Assembly: GCF_009914755.1 (NCBI RefSeq) | Contig: NC_060928.1 | Strand: one strand, 5' to 3' | Source of the DNA: the human T2T-CHM13v2.0 reference genome, Homo sapiens | DNA: 64,000 nucleotides | Part shown: in pieces, positions 1-12,894 of the stretch | Layout of the letters: every line of letters starts with the position of its first letter | How positions within the stretch are numbered: the first letter of the stretch is position 1 | Position numbers and translations under genes: made by a program | The notes under the pieces: generated by a model | Told to the model about the DNA's origin: nothing | The model's database searches: none | The model's input: only the letters and a program-made list of their open reading frames with translations

Positions 1-695
1 ACAAGAAGCTTCTGCCATACGCTAACTAATATAAATATTAGTTATTCATACCTCACTTAATCCTAATAAGAGGTCTATAAATTTGTACACAGAGATTTTT
101 TTCTGTGACTACCCAAAGTTTCACAATTAACCTGGATTTAAAATTGGAGAATTTTCTCATTATAGTGGCCAGTAAATATGACATGCCACAATTATATGTG
201 AGTGTATTATTGTTGTGGGAATATATGAAATTTGCCTTCAAAAGAGGGAGGATAAACTATGTTTGCAGAATCCAGAAAGCTGTTTCTCACATAAGAGTTT
301 GTAATTTCTGGGGGAAAAGAAGAGAAAGTTGTTTGTGCAAATAAACATTACCATAGAGTCTTCTCTATGGCACCATCAAAAATGAAGACTGATTCTCATC
401 TTCCTAACAATCTGCAAAGATAAGTGAAACACAACCTACTGACCATCAAGTTGAAGAAGAAGAGAACTTGAGTGGCACAGGAGGAAACCATGTCGTTGCT
501 GCTAGGGAAATCAATATGACCAGTGTTCCTCTGCCCTCCTCCAAGGCTAAGGATGGGTTAAATATCAGTGGCTGACCTCAGATAATGGAATGAGCAAAAG
601 AGCTATAAAAATGCATGCATTACGTAATTAAGAGGGTGGGAAGGGATTTTTTTAAAAAAGGCAATTCCTAGTTGGGTTCCTTCCTGTGAATTCCT

Positions 696-1042
696 AGTTG
701 GTGAAGAAGCTGGTCTTGCCCTAGAGTTCTGGGGGTGGCTACAGACACAACAAACACTGAGACGATGAAACTGACAGTAATTGATTAGTTACTCATACTC
801 AGCCCAGGGGAGGATGCTGCTGCACCTCTCCAGATCTATGTGGGGGTTGCACTCAGGAACAGAAAGAACAAGCAGAGGGTGTGGGAGGCAGGCTTGGGAG
901 TCATCAGAGGGTGGGTGGCCCCTAGTCCCTTGGGGGAAAGTGCTTGACTTATTTGAAGAGTTTTGCAGTCGGGCAGGGGGTGAAAGCCATTAGGCTGAGG
1001 AACTGGTGGGGTGCAGCATGAAATTTTAGGTGTCACAATACA
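696..1042 (-). mobile_element. 3' LTR of the ERVL-type provirus (internally deleted)
   Basis: Similar to 7342-7805 but jumps from ggggtgcagc (~1018) almost directly to the terminal aataca. Confidence 0.65.
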
Positions 1043-1244
1043 AATTGACATCTGATGCTTTAACATTGGGTATTTATTTTAATGATGACTAATATTTTAA
1101 GAGGCTGAGAGAAGGCTGTAGAGACACTGTAATAAGTGCTTGGGCATGAGAAATTAGGAAGACCACAGTTACGAGTAATGAAATGCGGAAGCCGATGCAA
1201 AGCTACTGCCCCCATTTGTTTAGCAGAAGGCAAGATAGGAGGCC

Positions 1245-1448
1245 TCTGACAGTACAAGCGTGTTCGTAAATATTTGGGTGATGTCATGCATTCTCCATGT
1301 ATTGGTTCTGGCAGCACAAGCGTGTTCGTAAATATCTGGGTGACGTCATGCATTCCCCATGCATTGGTTTAGAGATCTGGGGTCTCTGGCAGCACAAGCG
1401 TGTTCGTAAATATCTGGGTAACGTCACACATTCCCCATGCATTGGTTT
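1245..1448. repeat. Imperfect tandem triplication, ~62-77-bp unit
   Basis: cagcacaagcgtgttcgtaaatatctgggtgacgtcatgcattccccatgcattggtt occurs three times with a few substitutions; a short spacer precedes copy 3. Confidence 0.9.
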
Positions 1449-1639
1449 TCATGAGTGGTTTCAGTGAGTTTTTGGGCAAGTCTGATATTAGTGATCCACA
1501 GGCAGCAGGCAGCTTCCTGTACAGAGCTACCTCCACCCCTTGGACAGTCCAGGACTGAATGGTTGTCAAAAATGTGAACTCCTTGATGACCAGTAAAGGC
1601 AACTGAGAGAACTGTGTAGCATTGGTGTAAAAAGTGCAC

Positions 1640-2250
1640 TTTCCTAAGGAGCATGAACTTAGAGTAATCAAAGGCTGTGGCAACAGTGGAACCCAGCAGG
1701 GCATCCACTCGCTGCTCTGTAACTTAAATAGCAATTCTTTGAGGAGCTCAGTCTCTCAACTAAAGCAGCTGCCTGCAGCCTATAGGGGCAGTGGAAGCTC
1801 TACTGGACACCTTCTTCACAAGCCCAGCACTGTGTTTTCTGATGAAATGTTGCCTTGGTCACCATCAGTAGTGTCTGGAACTCTGCAGGGGATAAGGAGT
1901 GTCCCTGTGAGATCCGTACTGTGTACTTAGTTAAAATAAAAGCATCTGTTGCCTTGATTGGTATTCTGAGTATCCATGAGACAAGAAGTTTCTTTAGTTC
2001 AATGGGGAGGGGAGGTGGACAATTCTTGGAAATTGCCAAAAGGTTTGTAAAAATGTACAAATGGGGCTAATTGTTGGCCCAGCATCAGTGCTGAGACGAC
2101 CATCTCAAGTTTGGCTGGTCGTGCTGAGGCTTGGATGTCATCCTTTATCAGGGACAGCCTAGCTAAGGGAGGGAAGGCAGCAGCATTCCACTGAGCTCCA
2201 TCACGTCCAATGATGGCATCCATTCAGACGGTGGACAAACTTCACTGCTC
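1640..2250 (-). pseudogene. ERVL pol remnant: RNase H and integrase core
   Basis: ORF fragments 1999-2223, 1800-2060 and 1369-1734 join across frameshifts into an RNase H-like segment and an integrase core-like segment (DTTDGDQG, FHCPYRLQAAALVER, LLKELLFKL...WVPLLPQ). Confidence 0.75.
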
Positions 2251-2294
2251 GTCACTCAGTCGATCCCAAGGGGCCTGGGAGAGGGATGACTTCT

Positions 2295-2504
2295 AGCACC
2301 ACAGCCTGAGGATGAAGGAGGCCAGTACCAGCACCACAGCCTGAGGATGAAGGAGACCAGTACCAGCACCACAGCCTGAGGATGAAGGAGGCCAGTACCA
2401 GCACCACAGCCTGAGGATGAAGGAGGCCAGTACCAGCACCACAGCCTGAGGATGAAGGAGGGCAGTGCCAGCACCACAGCCTGAGGATGAACAAGGCCAG
2501 TGCT
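2295..2504. repeat. Minisatellite, 35-bp unit x 6
   Basis: Unit agcaccacagcctgaggatgaaggaggccagtacc starts at 2295, 2330, 2365, 2400, 2435 and 2470. Confidence 0.95.
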
Positions 2505-3011
2505 TCCAGCAGATGAGACTTGCAGGGGGTACATATTTGACTCCATTCTAAGGCAAGGACATCTCTGTAACTGTGTCAAGGCTATGGGGTGCTGCTTCCC
2601 AAGGCCTGATGGCCAGATGGGCATGAAGGCTCATGGACATGGACGCAGAGCCCTCTGTTTCCAGAGGGTCCACTATGTGGTCAGCAATCACTGCCCTGAT
2701 GCTGTACAGCACAGGGTCAAAAGGGGGGCAGGTTTGTTTTTCACATCAGAAGCCCATGGACAGCTTATGGCCACCATATGCAACCCAGATACTTCAGGAG
2801 GCACAGGAAGAGGTTGCTCAAGCAACTACAGTGTGATCTCTGATGGAATTCACAGGAGCACCTGTTAATTTAAATTTGGACAGATTCCAGACTTGTTGGA
2901 GGAGGCTTCATTCAAGGTGGGTCAGCTTTCAAGCGACAGCATCAGTGAGATTAAGTAAAATTTGTAAATGAGGAATATGTTGTCACCTGTACCCCAAATA
3001 AATAATTAAAG

Positions 3012-3312
3012 GGCTGGGCACAGTGGCTCACATCTGTAATCCTAGCACTTTGGGAAGCTGAGGCAGGAGGATTGGTTGAGCCAAGGAGTTTGATACCAGC
3101 TTGGGCAATGTAGCCAGACCTCGTCTCTACAATAAATAAAATTAGCTGGGTATGGTAGCACACACCTGTAGTCCCAGCTATGTGGGAAGCTGAGGTGGGA
3201 GGATTGCTTGAGCTCAGGAAGTCAAGGATGCAGTAAGCTGAGATTGAGACACTGTATTCCTGCCTGGGTGACAGAGCAAGACTGTGTCTCAAAAAATACA
3301 TACATAAATAAA
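3012..3312 (+). mobile_element. Alu (AluJ-type)
   Basis: ggctgggcacagtggctcac start, dimeric structure, ggaggattgcttgagc J-type motif, A-rich tail. Confidence 0.92.
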
Positions 3313-3314
3313 GA

Positions 3315-3720
3315 ATATTGGACTTGTATTAACATTGTGGATACTGAAAGGGTCAATAACCACTTCTTGAAAGTGTCAGGGATACATCAGCCCTCAGTTT
3401 ACCAAAGAATTTTCAGGAATTTAGCCAAAGTGGCAGGGCCTTGCACTACTGTGTTGGGGAAAGGTCCATTCCCTTTGTGTAAGCCTCCTTGTATCTGTGT
3501 GTCCTTAGTGTGTAAAATGAATTTTCTCTGAGAATGATGTCATCAGTATAATGTCACGCCTGTGCTCCTGTAGAAAGGTGGCTGCAGTGAGATCTTGTCT
3601 GTGAAGATTGTGTGCAGTGACGAGGCTGCCGAGACACTCCGTGGGTCGCCCGGTCCCTTCAGAGACGAAGGCAGGCTGTGACTGAGACTCTGTTAAAATA
3701 GGCCCAAAAAGAACATGGTA
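3315..3720 (-). pseudogene. ERVL reverse transcriptase remnant with YxDD motif
   Basis: The reverse complement of 3539-3550 is TAT ACT GAT GAC (YTDD) in the context HYTDDIIL. Upstream RT motifs continue at 4730-4980 beyond the MLT2 insertion. Confidence 0.75.
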
Positions 3721-3759
3721 GCCAAATCTGTAACAAGAAAATATTTACCAGTTGCATGA

Positions 3760-4728
3760 ATATATATGTTTATTGTAAGGAATTGGCTCATGTGGTTGTG
3801 ATGGTGAATATTGAGTGTCAACTTGATTGGGTTGAAGGATGCAACGTATTGTTCTTGCGTGTGTCTGTGAGGGTGTTGCTAAAGGAGATTAATATTTGAG
3901 TTAGTGGACTGGGAGAGGCAGACTCACCCTCAATCTGGGTGGGCACCATCTAATCAGCTGCCAGCATAAAAAGCAGGCATGGAAACAGCAGACTTGCTGA
4001 GTCTTCTGGCCTCCATCTTTCTCCCATGCTGGATGCCTCCTGCCCCCGAACATAAGACTCCAAGTTCTTCAGCTTTTGGACTCTTGGACCTGCACCAGTG
4101 ATTTGCCAGGGGCTCTCAAGCCTTTGGCCACAGACTGAAGACTGAATTATCAGCTTCCCTACTTTTGAGGTTCTGAGGATTTGAACTGGCTTCTGGGCTC
4201 CTCAGGTTGCAGATGGCCTATTGTGGGACTTCAACTTGTGATCGTGAGTCAATACTCCTAATAAACTCCCCTTCATATATACATCTATCCTATTAGTTCT
4301 GTCCCTCTGGAGAACCATGACTAATACAGAGGCTATGAAGGCTGAGAAGTTCCAGGATCTGCAGTCAGCAAGCTAGAGACCCAGGACTTCCAACAGTGGA
4401 GTTCCAGTCAAAGTCTAAAGTCCTGAGAACCAGGAGAGATGATGGCTTCCATTACAGTCCAAGTCAGACTTCAGAGGCATGACAAGATCTATGTCTCAGC
4501 TCAAAGATCATCAGACGGAGTGAATTCTCTCTTCCTCCACCTTTGTGTTCTATTTGGGTTTTCAGTGTATCGGATGCATCCCACTCACATTAGGGAGGGT
4601 GACTGCTTTATTTAATCTACCTTTTCAAATGTTAATCTCATCAAGAAACACCCTCACAGACACATCCGGAATCATGTTTAACCAAATACCTGGGCAACTC
4701 AAGTTGACAAATAAAATTAACCATCATA
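3760..4728 (-). mobile_element. MLT2B-type solo LTR, split by an MLT2A insertion
   Basis: aaggaattggctcatgtg ... gaaggctgagaagttcc ... caagttgacaaataaaattaaccatca matches the MLT2B reverse strand as recalled. Confidence 0.75.
3797..4329 (+). mobile_element. MLT2A solo LTR (HERV-L LTR)
   Basis: Begins tgtgatggtgaatattgagtgtcaacttgattgg and ends gtccctctggagaaccatgactaataca. Confidence 0.9.
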
Positions 4729-4996
4729 GATGGTGTCAGTAATTTCAATACTGTCAGGGATTGGGTATGGGGCCTTAATGGGCAGGAGGACAGCAATAAG
4801 GTTGCTGCAATTCACTGTGAAACACTATTTATTATTTCCAGGTTTAAGAACAGGCCAAACTGCACTGCTAAATGTTGAAGCAGTGAGGATAATCACCCCT
4901 TCACTAAGTAATTAGGTCTTTTAGGATGTTTGGATCCTTTGAAGTCATGTTGTAATTTATGTTGGGCAATATTTGCTAATTTAACAGGAAGGGGAG

Positions 4997-5320
4997 GGCG
5001 AGCACAGTGGCTCATGCCTGTAATCCCAGCACTTTGGGAGGCTGAGGTGGGAGGATTGCTTGAGGCTAGGAATTAGAGACCAGCCTGGAAAACATAACAA
5101 GACCCCATCTCTGTAATTTTTTTAATAAATTAGCTAAGTGTGGTGGCACATGGCTGCAATCTTAGCTACTTGGGAGGTTAAGATGGAAGGACTGCTTGAG
5201 CTCAGGAGTTTGAGGCATCAGTGAGCTATGATTATGCCACTTAACTTAGACCTGGGCGGTGGAGCAAGACACCATTCCTAAAAAGAAAAAATTTAAAAAT
5301 AAATAAAGTTTTAAAACAAT
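4997..5320 (+). mobile_element. Alu (AluJ-type)
   Basis: Diverged dimeric Alu with decayed flanking repeats aacaggaaggggag / aacagaagaggag. Confidence 0.9.
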
Positions 5321-7341
5321 AAACAGAAGAGGAGTTCCACAAGATCACATTTTATGAGGTCAATATGTAAGTGCAAATGGTTTAATTTCAATTTATTGCT
5401 CATTAGGCCAGAGCATCCAGGTCCACTATGGACAGAGGTTTCTATGACTAAGGGAAATTTAGGCAAGGTAATAAAGGTGAGGCATAACTATGAGTCCTCT
5501 ATTCTAAATGCAGTTACTCTGCAAGGATTATAGAGAGTGCAATGTTTAAATTTAGTGGATCCCGGGTATAACAAAGTCTGATCCCTGCTACTGATAGTCT
5601 GTGAAGGGATGCTAATTGGCACATTTCAGCAGATGTTAAGGTTAGTTCAGAATATATGCTGTAGAGGTGCAAACACCAATCAGTACCTTTTTATCTTGTG
5701 GTGGTATACATTATTTTAGTAAGTAGTGAATTTCCAATTAGGTCAGATTATAAGACCTCTGTTTTAGTATGAATTTTGATTTTGTCCATGTCTGGGTTTA
5801 TTCTTTCTTTCGTCCCTTTTTCCTGTTTTGTAGTTCTCTCTTTCCTTCCTTCCTTCCTTCCTTCCTTCTTTCTTTCTTCCCTTTCCTCCATTATTTTTGT
5901 CACTGGATATACTTAGGGAAGGTTGTTCTTTTTACCCACTCATGTTTGTACATTTTTTTCTTTCAAACAACCCAAAATTGGTATCATCAGAGTTAAGGTC
6001 TTCCTTCAGAGTAGTTGTGTGGTTTAAGAACCCTGGACTCAAGTCAGGTTTGGATTTCTCCCTTCTCTGTGCCTCAGGGGTACCGCAGGTATCTTTCCCT
6101 ATAACCCTGGGATCAGGTTTTTGTTGAAGTGGAACCATAAGTTGCAGAGTGATGCGGCGCAATCAGCCCACAGTTCAGAGGTCAGTGGACTGAAACTGTC
6201 CTCTGCTACGGCCCCATCTTGTTCTTCCAGGAGGGCCTCCCCTACCTTTTTTTTCCTTTTAGGGTTTCTAGCCATATAGTTGTGGTTTTGGGGTTTCATT
6301 TCCATGAGATTATTCATAGTGTGGACCTTCTGAATGGTTATGGGGAAAGGAGGGGGGGGTGGTGATCTTCCGCAGCCTCTGGGGAATGCCAGTCAGCTTT
6401 TCTGGGATGGAGTCCCTATCCCACAGTCATTTTGTCTGTGTCCCAGGTGGAGGCATTCAAGCCCCATGATCAGCAGTTGAGTCCTTAGGCAGCTGGTAAG
6501 CAGCAGCACAAGCAAAGCACAGGCACATGGGCTGGGACTTCTGCATGAGGAGGCCAGGAGAGTTCCAAAGGCTCCCTACTTTTCCTCATCAGTGCTGGAG
6601 CCGTCGGCCACCATGCATGTGGAATTTGACATCCCTGGGGTTGAGGAGAGCACATGACAGCAGCAAGGGAAGCAGCGGCCCAGGGGAAGGGAAAGGCCAC
6701 TACCCTCACCTGAGAAGCACTGACTCCTGCCAGGCAGCTGGGGTGTCAGTCTTAATACTTCCCATGTTGACAGCCTGGGACTTCTCCTTTCCTAAGTTCT
6801 TACTGGAAAGATGACCCGGTGATCGCCCAAGAAATCCGTCTCCAGTCACCAGGCTGAGTGTAATACACGGAAGTCAGTATCCGCCAGGGCTCCAGCCTGA
6901 CCACTCGCAAGTGCCCACCAGTTCAGACACTATGTCGTCACCACCCCCGTCCTCTACTGGAGCAGCCTCCCATCATCCCTTCAGGGGGCTTTTTAAATCC
7001 CCCCATCTCAGACTTGGTGGCAAGGGTCTCAGCGACAACCTGGCAGACATAGGTCCCAGCTAACAGAACCTCATGCCAGGAGATAGCCAGTTAATAATAG
7101 TTCTCATTTCGAAGGAGGCAAGAGGAGCATTTCAGAAAGGAAAGAGATGGCAGCCTCCAAGAGAGACAAGAACTGCCGTGGGAGCCAGCCAGCAATGGGC
7201 AGCTCAGTCTCAGAGGTCTCCCCAAAGCGGGAACCAGTTAGTGAGCAAAGGAACAGTCAATTAAAGCTGTTAAGTGTCCTCCACCATGGCCAGGCCCCTC
7301 TGTTAGTGCCGGCGGTTGTTTTGCTCGTCTCCTCTTTACCC

Positions 7342-7805
7342 CTTGGTGAGGGAGAGAGTCCCATTCTAGGTTCTGAAGACGGCCAAACACATGATGCCCA
7401 TGTTGGACAGAGGAGATGGACTGCAGTGATGAGGCACAAAGACTCACAACCCCGTGAGGGGGCGCCACACGCCACACAGGGCCACGTGGAGGTTTCACTC
7501 AGGAAGAGAGTGAACTAGCAGGGACTGACTGGGGAGGCAGGATTTACAGTAATAGAAGGATGAGGTGCTCGTGTTCCCCCAAGAGGACATTTGTTTGAAA
7601 AATGCCTCAGATTCACAGGGAGCTGCAGCCCCTTAGGTTGAGGGCTGGGTAGGGTGCAGCTGGCCAAGCTGAAGGTGGCAGCCTGTTGAGGCAGCTTTCC
7701 TGCTGGGTGCTGGGGGCTATAGCAGGCAACAGCAGGGAAACTGTTAGGCTTTCGGGAACCTGTGAGGCTCAAAGATGTCAAAGCACTAATTGAACTTATA
7801 ATACA
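7342..7805 (-). mobile_element. 5' LTR of the ERVL-type provirus
   Basis: Homologous to 696-1042 and ends in aataca (TG on the minus strand). Confidence 0.65.
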
Positions 7806-8651
7806 TCTTCTCAGTAGAGTTCTAGGAAAATTGTGAAGCTGGGAACGTTAGCAAACAACACTAGAAACAGAATTTATGCCAAGATTCTAGATGGGAATGT
7901 AAGAAAAGGAGACACCTTCTGCCTCCATGCACTTCTAAGAAAGGACGAAAAGGAAGACAACCTTCGTTTGGTCTCTATGACTGATATTTCTATAAATACA
8001 GGGAAAGATAACCGTGTCCTTCTAGTTTCTGGTTTATTTCCTAGCAAGTAATCTAATTCGCAGTCTTGTAGGAAGCTAGGGCTGATATCAGTATTGGGTA
8101 ATTAGCTGCTTATTTTTACTGATAAGGCATAAATCCATAATTACAGAGAATTATTTTTATGTGCCACCATTATTAGATTGGAAAAGCTCTATGATTGAAA
8201 TTGTGAGAGACCATTGAGACTTACATGATTACAGAAGACATATTGTACTTTTAATAGAGTCTTTAATAGTGTCAGAGCTATTGACACTGAATAAAAGTTT
8301 AAATAATGCACTGAATGTGTTTGGTTTCCCAGAAATTATTAGTTCTATTTATTTCAACTTCCGTGCATTAAGTAGAAAACTTGTAAGAATTGTCACAAAC
8401 TTTTTGTGGATTTATGATAACATGATGAGATCATATTTGGCTAGGATTCTAGATCTCACAATCTTCTACAAATTGTCAAATCATGACACAGGTTTTCAAT
8501 ATCCACGTGGAAAGGAGGTACCTTGGAATAACTCACTTGGTGTATAATTCTTTATTATCTCACAATGAACCATGATGCTGAGGGAACTAGAACAATGAGG
8601 GCATATTTGTTAGGTTCAAGTCTTAGCAGCTATATCTTTTCCCTCAAGATC

Positions 8652-8953
8652 GGCACTGTCCAAAAAATATATCGTGAGATCTCAAATGCAATTTAAATTT
8701 TTAGTAGCTCCATTAAAAAATAAGAATATGTGAAATTAATGAAATAATATGTTTTATTTAACCCAACATTTACTCACAATGACCTTTCAACTGCCAATGC
8801 ATACAACAATCTGCAGTGAGCAGTTCAATATTCTTTGCTGCCTCTGGAATCCGGTGTGTATTTTACAGCTACAGCCCATCCTAACTCAGGCTCCTCAGGT
8901 TTCAAGCGCTCACACCAAAGGGTGCTATTGCCTCCCTTACTGGACAGTGTGGC
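8652..8953. mobile_element. MER33 (hAT-Charlie) non-autonomous DNA transposon
   Basis: Inverted termini cactgtcca ... tggacagtg; internal ttttatttaacccaa and ccggtgtgtattttaca. Confidence 0.8.
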
Positions 8954-10111
8954 TCTAGATTGTCTATTCTAAAGGAGAGAAAAAGGAAAAAAAAGGTAGA
9001 ATAGAAAGGAGAAGAAGGAGCTATTAAGCCAATTACATTTAATAAGCCAAATACATTTATAATGTTCATGTAATTGAAAATATGTTTCAGTTTCCTCTGA
9101 AGACTAGACCCAATCAAATCAAAGCAGCTTTTCTTAGGAGACTCTGGAAACAAGGCAAACAAATGCTGGAAGGGAAGAGAGCTTTGAACTGACCTAAAAG
9201 GCAGCATATTATACAACATATAAAGAGATAGCAATAAGACTAAGAGATCACCTATAACACATGACCATAGGAATGGGATGACCTGAGACTATGTTAGTTA
9301 ATTGACTAATAATATTATAAACTAAAACTTTAGTAACAAGAATTAGCACTCACTCAGCTTCAAAGGTCAAAAGCAAAAAGGCCAATTTAATATCTACATA
9401 TTTTAGGTAAAATATAGCTCAAATGTCCTAATGAAACCATAAAAAAATTAAAATTTAAATGCATTTTAAACAGATATTGGTTAGAAAAAAATTCTTCCCC
9501 TAGCAGAATTCTACGGAGGCCTTTTAGCCATGCAGAATTCAATTCCCATATTGTATTCTGTCTTATTTCAGTGAAATGTGATGTATGTTTTACCTTAGCA
9601 GTACAACATTGAGTATCCTAACGAACTCAGAGGATTTTGCTAATTTAACTCTGTAGCTTTTACTAAATAGCAATAAATTTATATACCTCCAAGCAACTAC
9701 AACTTGGAGTAATGCCAAACAAATTTAAAAAATATCAAGGAATACAAAAACCAACTAAAAGTTATTGTCTACTATCTAAACTGTTTTCTTATGTCTTGAT
9801 AAAAAAATTTAATAGAAAATCCCAAGCTTAAAAACATAGAGATCTGACTTAGAGAGTTTAAACACAAATGACAACAAGATTTCAAAATGATCAATTAGAA
9901 GAGACAGTATGGCTTGAGTCCTTGAAGACAACTAAATATATCCAGGTTCCTGAATGACCTGTGATTTGAAGAGCACCAAAAAGTAGGAAATGCCGTTTTC
10001 ACTTGAAAAGATCATATGTAGCTCAGAACATAGAGCATGCATTCAAACAGCAGCTGCAAAGACATTTGACTAAAATAACTACTTTCTATGCCTCACAGAA
10101 GAGTTTAAGTA

Positions 10112-10559
10112 CAATTGACCCTTGAAAAAACACATGATTAGCACAGTTAAAAGTTTACATATAACTTCTGACCCCCAAAAGCTTAACTGCTAATAGCCTA
10201 CTGACATAACTACTGATGCTCCACATGCTTACCAACAGAAGGCTTACTGATGACATTAACAGCCTACTAACACATATTTTCTATGTTATACACATTAGAT
10301 ACTATATTCCTACAGTAAAGTCAAAGAGAAAAAATGTGATTAAGACAAAATTAGGAAGAGAAAATATATTTACTATCCATTAAGGGGAAGTGGATCATCA
10401 TAAAAGTTTTCATCCTCATCGTCTTCATATCGAGCAGGCTGAGGAGAAGGAGGAAGAGGAGGAGTTGGTGTTGCTGTCTCAGGGGTGGCAGAGGTGGAAA
10501 AAAATCTGAGTATGTAAGAGGACTTGGGCAATTAAAAAGTGTGTGGCCAGGGTCAGTTG
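10112..10559. mobile_element. Tigger2a/MER28-type TcMar DNA transposon
   Basis: TIRs caattgaccctt / agggtcagttg flanked by TA; internal aagtggatcatcataaaag and gaggaagaggagg. Confidence 0.85.
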
Positions 10560-10759
10560 TAGTAGCAGTAAGATCATCATGATAGTGAAGTTTTTAATCT
10601 CTTCAAAATTCCTCCCAAAAACCATGAACAAAAAAATATAATTTTATATACAACACCATCAAAAAAACGCAAAAGAGCACAAATGAGTTATTTAGCCAAC
10701 ATAGTCCCTGTCCCCAACTTCTGGTGGCTGTGGTTAACTCAGCTCTAGTGTCAGGACTG

Positions 10760-11850
<1,091 letters not shown>

Positions 11851-12850
11851 TTAAAAACCCCAGGAAAAAGGCACCAACAAAAATTCACTCAAATAAGAGA
11901 GGACCCTTTCCTGAGTCTGAGAATGGCCAACAAAATGGGGACAAATACTCCTTAATTTGCCAATGAATGCAGAAATCTATACTCAAATTTGTGAGGAACA
12001 AGCTGTGGAATTTGATAATTTCAGAAATATCAAATAAATACTAATAAAAATGACCTTAAGAATAAAGCCTCACCTTCAGGGAAAATTACTAGGAGTAAAA
12101 ACCCAGCTGAGCAGGTCAGAGCACTAAGAAGCAAGAATGTTTAAAGAATGGTTGGTGAGAGGGGCTCGCAAAAAGCAAATCAAGGAAGCATTGAAATAAA
12201 AAAATACCACGTCTAAACCAGAGGAATCTGCCTTGAAAGACGAGGTCCATGGAGCCCTAGAGTTGACCGGGAAATTGTCCTGAACCAGATTTAGCTCTGA
12301 GAGATAAAGAAGAACTGTACACAAAGACCATGTTTCACGTATTCACGGCCACAAGAAAGAAAGGAGCCCGAAGCTGGAAAGCTGAGACAGTCCCCCACTT
12401 CACTCCCTCACCTACACAAGAACCACTTTAAATAGCCCAGGGAAGCTCATCCCATTAGATCTCAGGGAGAAAACTGATATGGTCTGAAACTAGACAAATG
12501 TATTATGAAAAGAAATAGGAAAATGAACCTACCTTTTAACAGAAAAAAAAAAAAAACCAAGAAAACGTGGCAACAAGCAAATGAATAACTCTAATATTGT
12601 AAAATAAGCCAAATTAAGATGATCAGAAATAAATAAGCTCAGAAATATAAAAAACTAGACAAAGGAAGATACAAAATGAAAATGACAGCTCTTAGGAAAT
12701 AATGAAAACAGAGTCAAATTTAGAGAGACTAAATTTTAAAGTACACAATCATGAATAAACATAATGAAAACCTCAGTGAAAAAAGAAATAAGAAAAAGAT
12801 AAAGATGGACAAAATAAAGACAAATGTATTTGGAGCATCAAAACAAAAGC

Positions 12851-12853
<3 letters not shown>

Positions 12854-12887
<34 letters not shown>

Positions 12888-12894
12888 ACACACA
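12854..12894. repeat. (CA)n microsatellite
   Basis: About 15 AC units followed by a degenerate agagacacacag. Confidence 0.95.

Larger units (their letters stand above)
696..7805 (-). mobile_element. Degenerate class III (ERVL-type, possibly MER76/MER76-int-like) provirus with both LTRs
   Basis: Related LTR-like segments at ~696-1042 and ~7342-7805 share blocks (gggggttgcactcaggaacaga / ggaggtttcactcaggaagaga; gggaggcagg; ggtgcagc; terminal aataca). Between them, minus-strand frames give RT-like (SSAVWPVLKPG; HYTDDIIL), RNase H-like (WNAAAFPPLARLSLIKD...YIFTN) and integrase-like (DQG...EEGVQ*SFHCPYRLQAAALVER) peptides in retroviral order, with many stops and frameshifts. Confidence 0.8.

Noticed and set aside
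2252-2624. Cys/Trp-rich repetitive ORFs
   Set aside because: A 35-bp unit cycling through frames within a decayed ERV.
1060-2950. Processed pseudogene of a cellular gene
   Set aside because: The peptides fit ERVL pol domains and lie between LTR-like repeats.
2951-3301. 116-aa ORF (also 24964-25345 and 11215-11607)
   Set aside because: Alu-derived translations.
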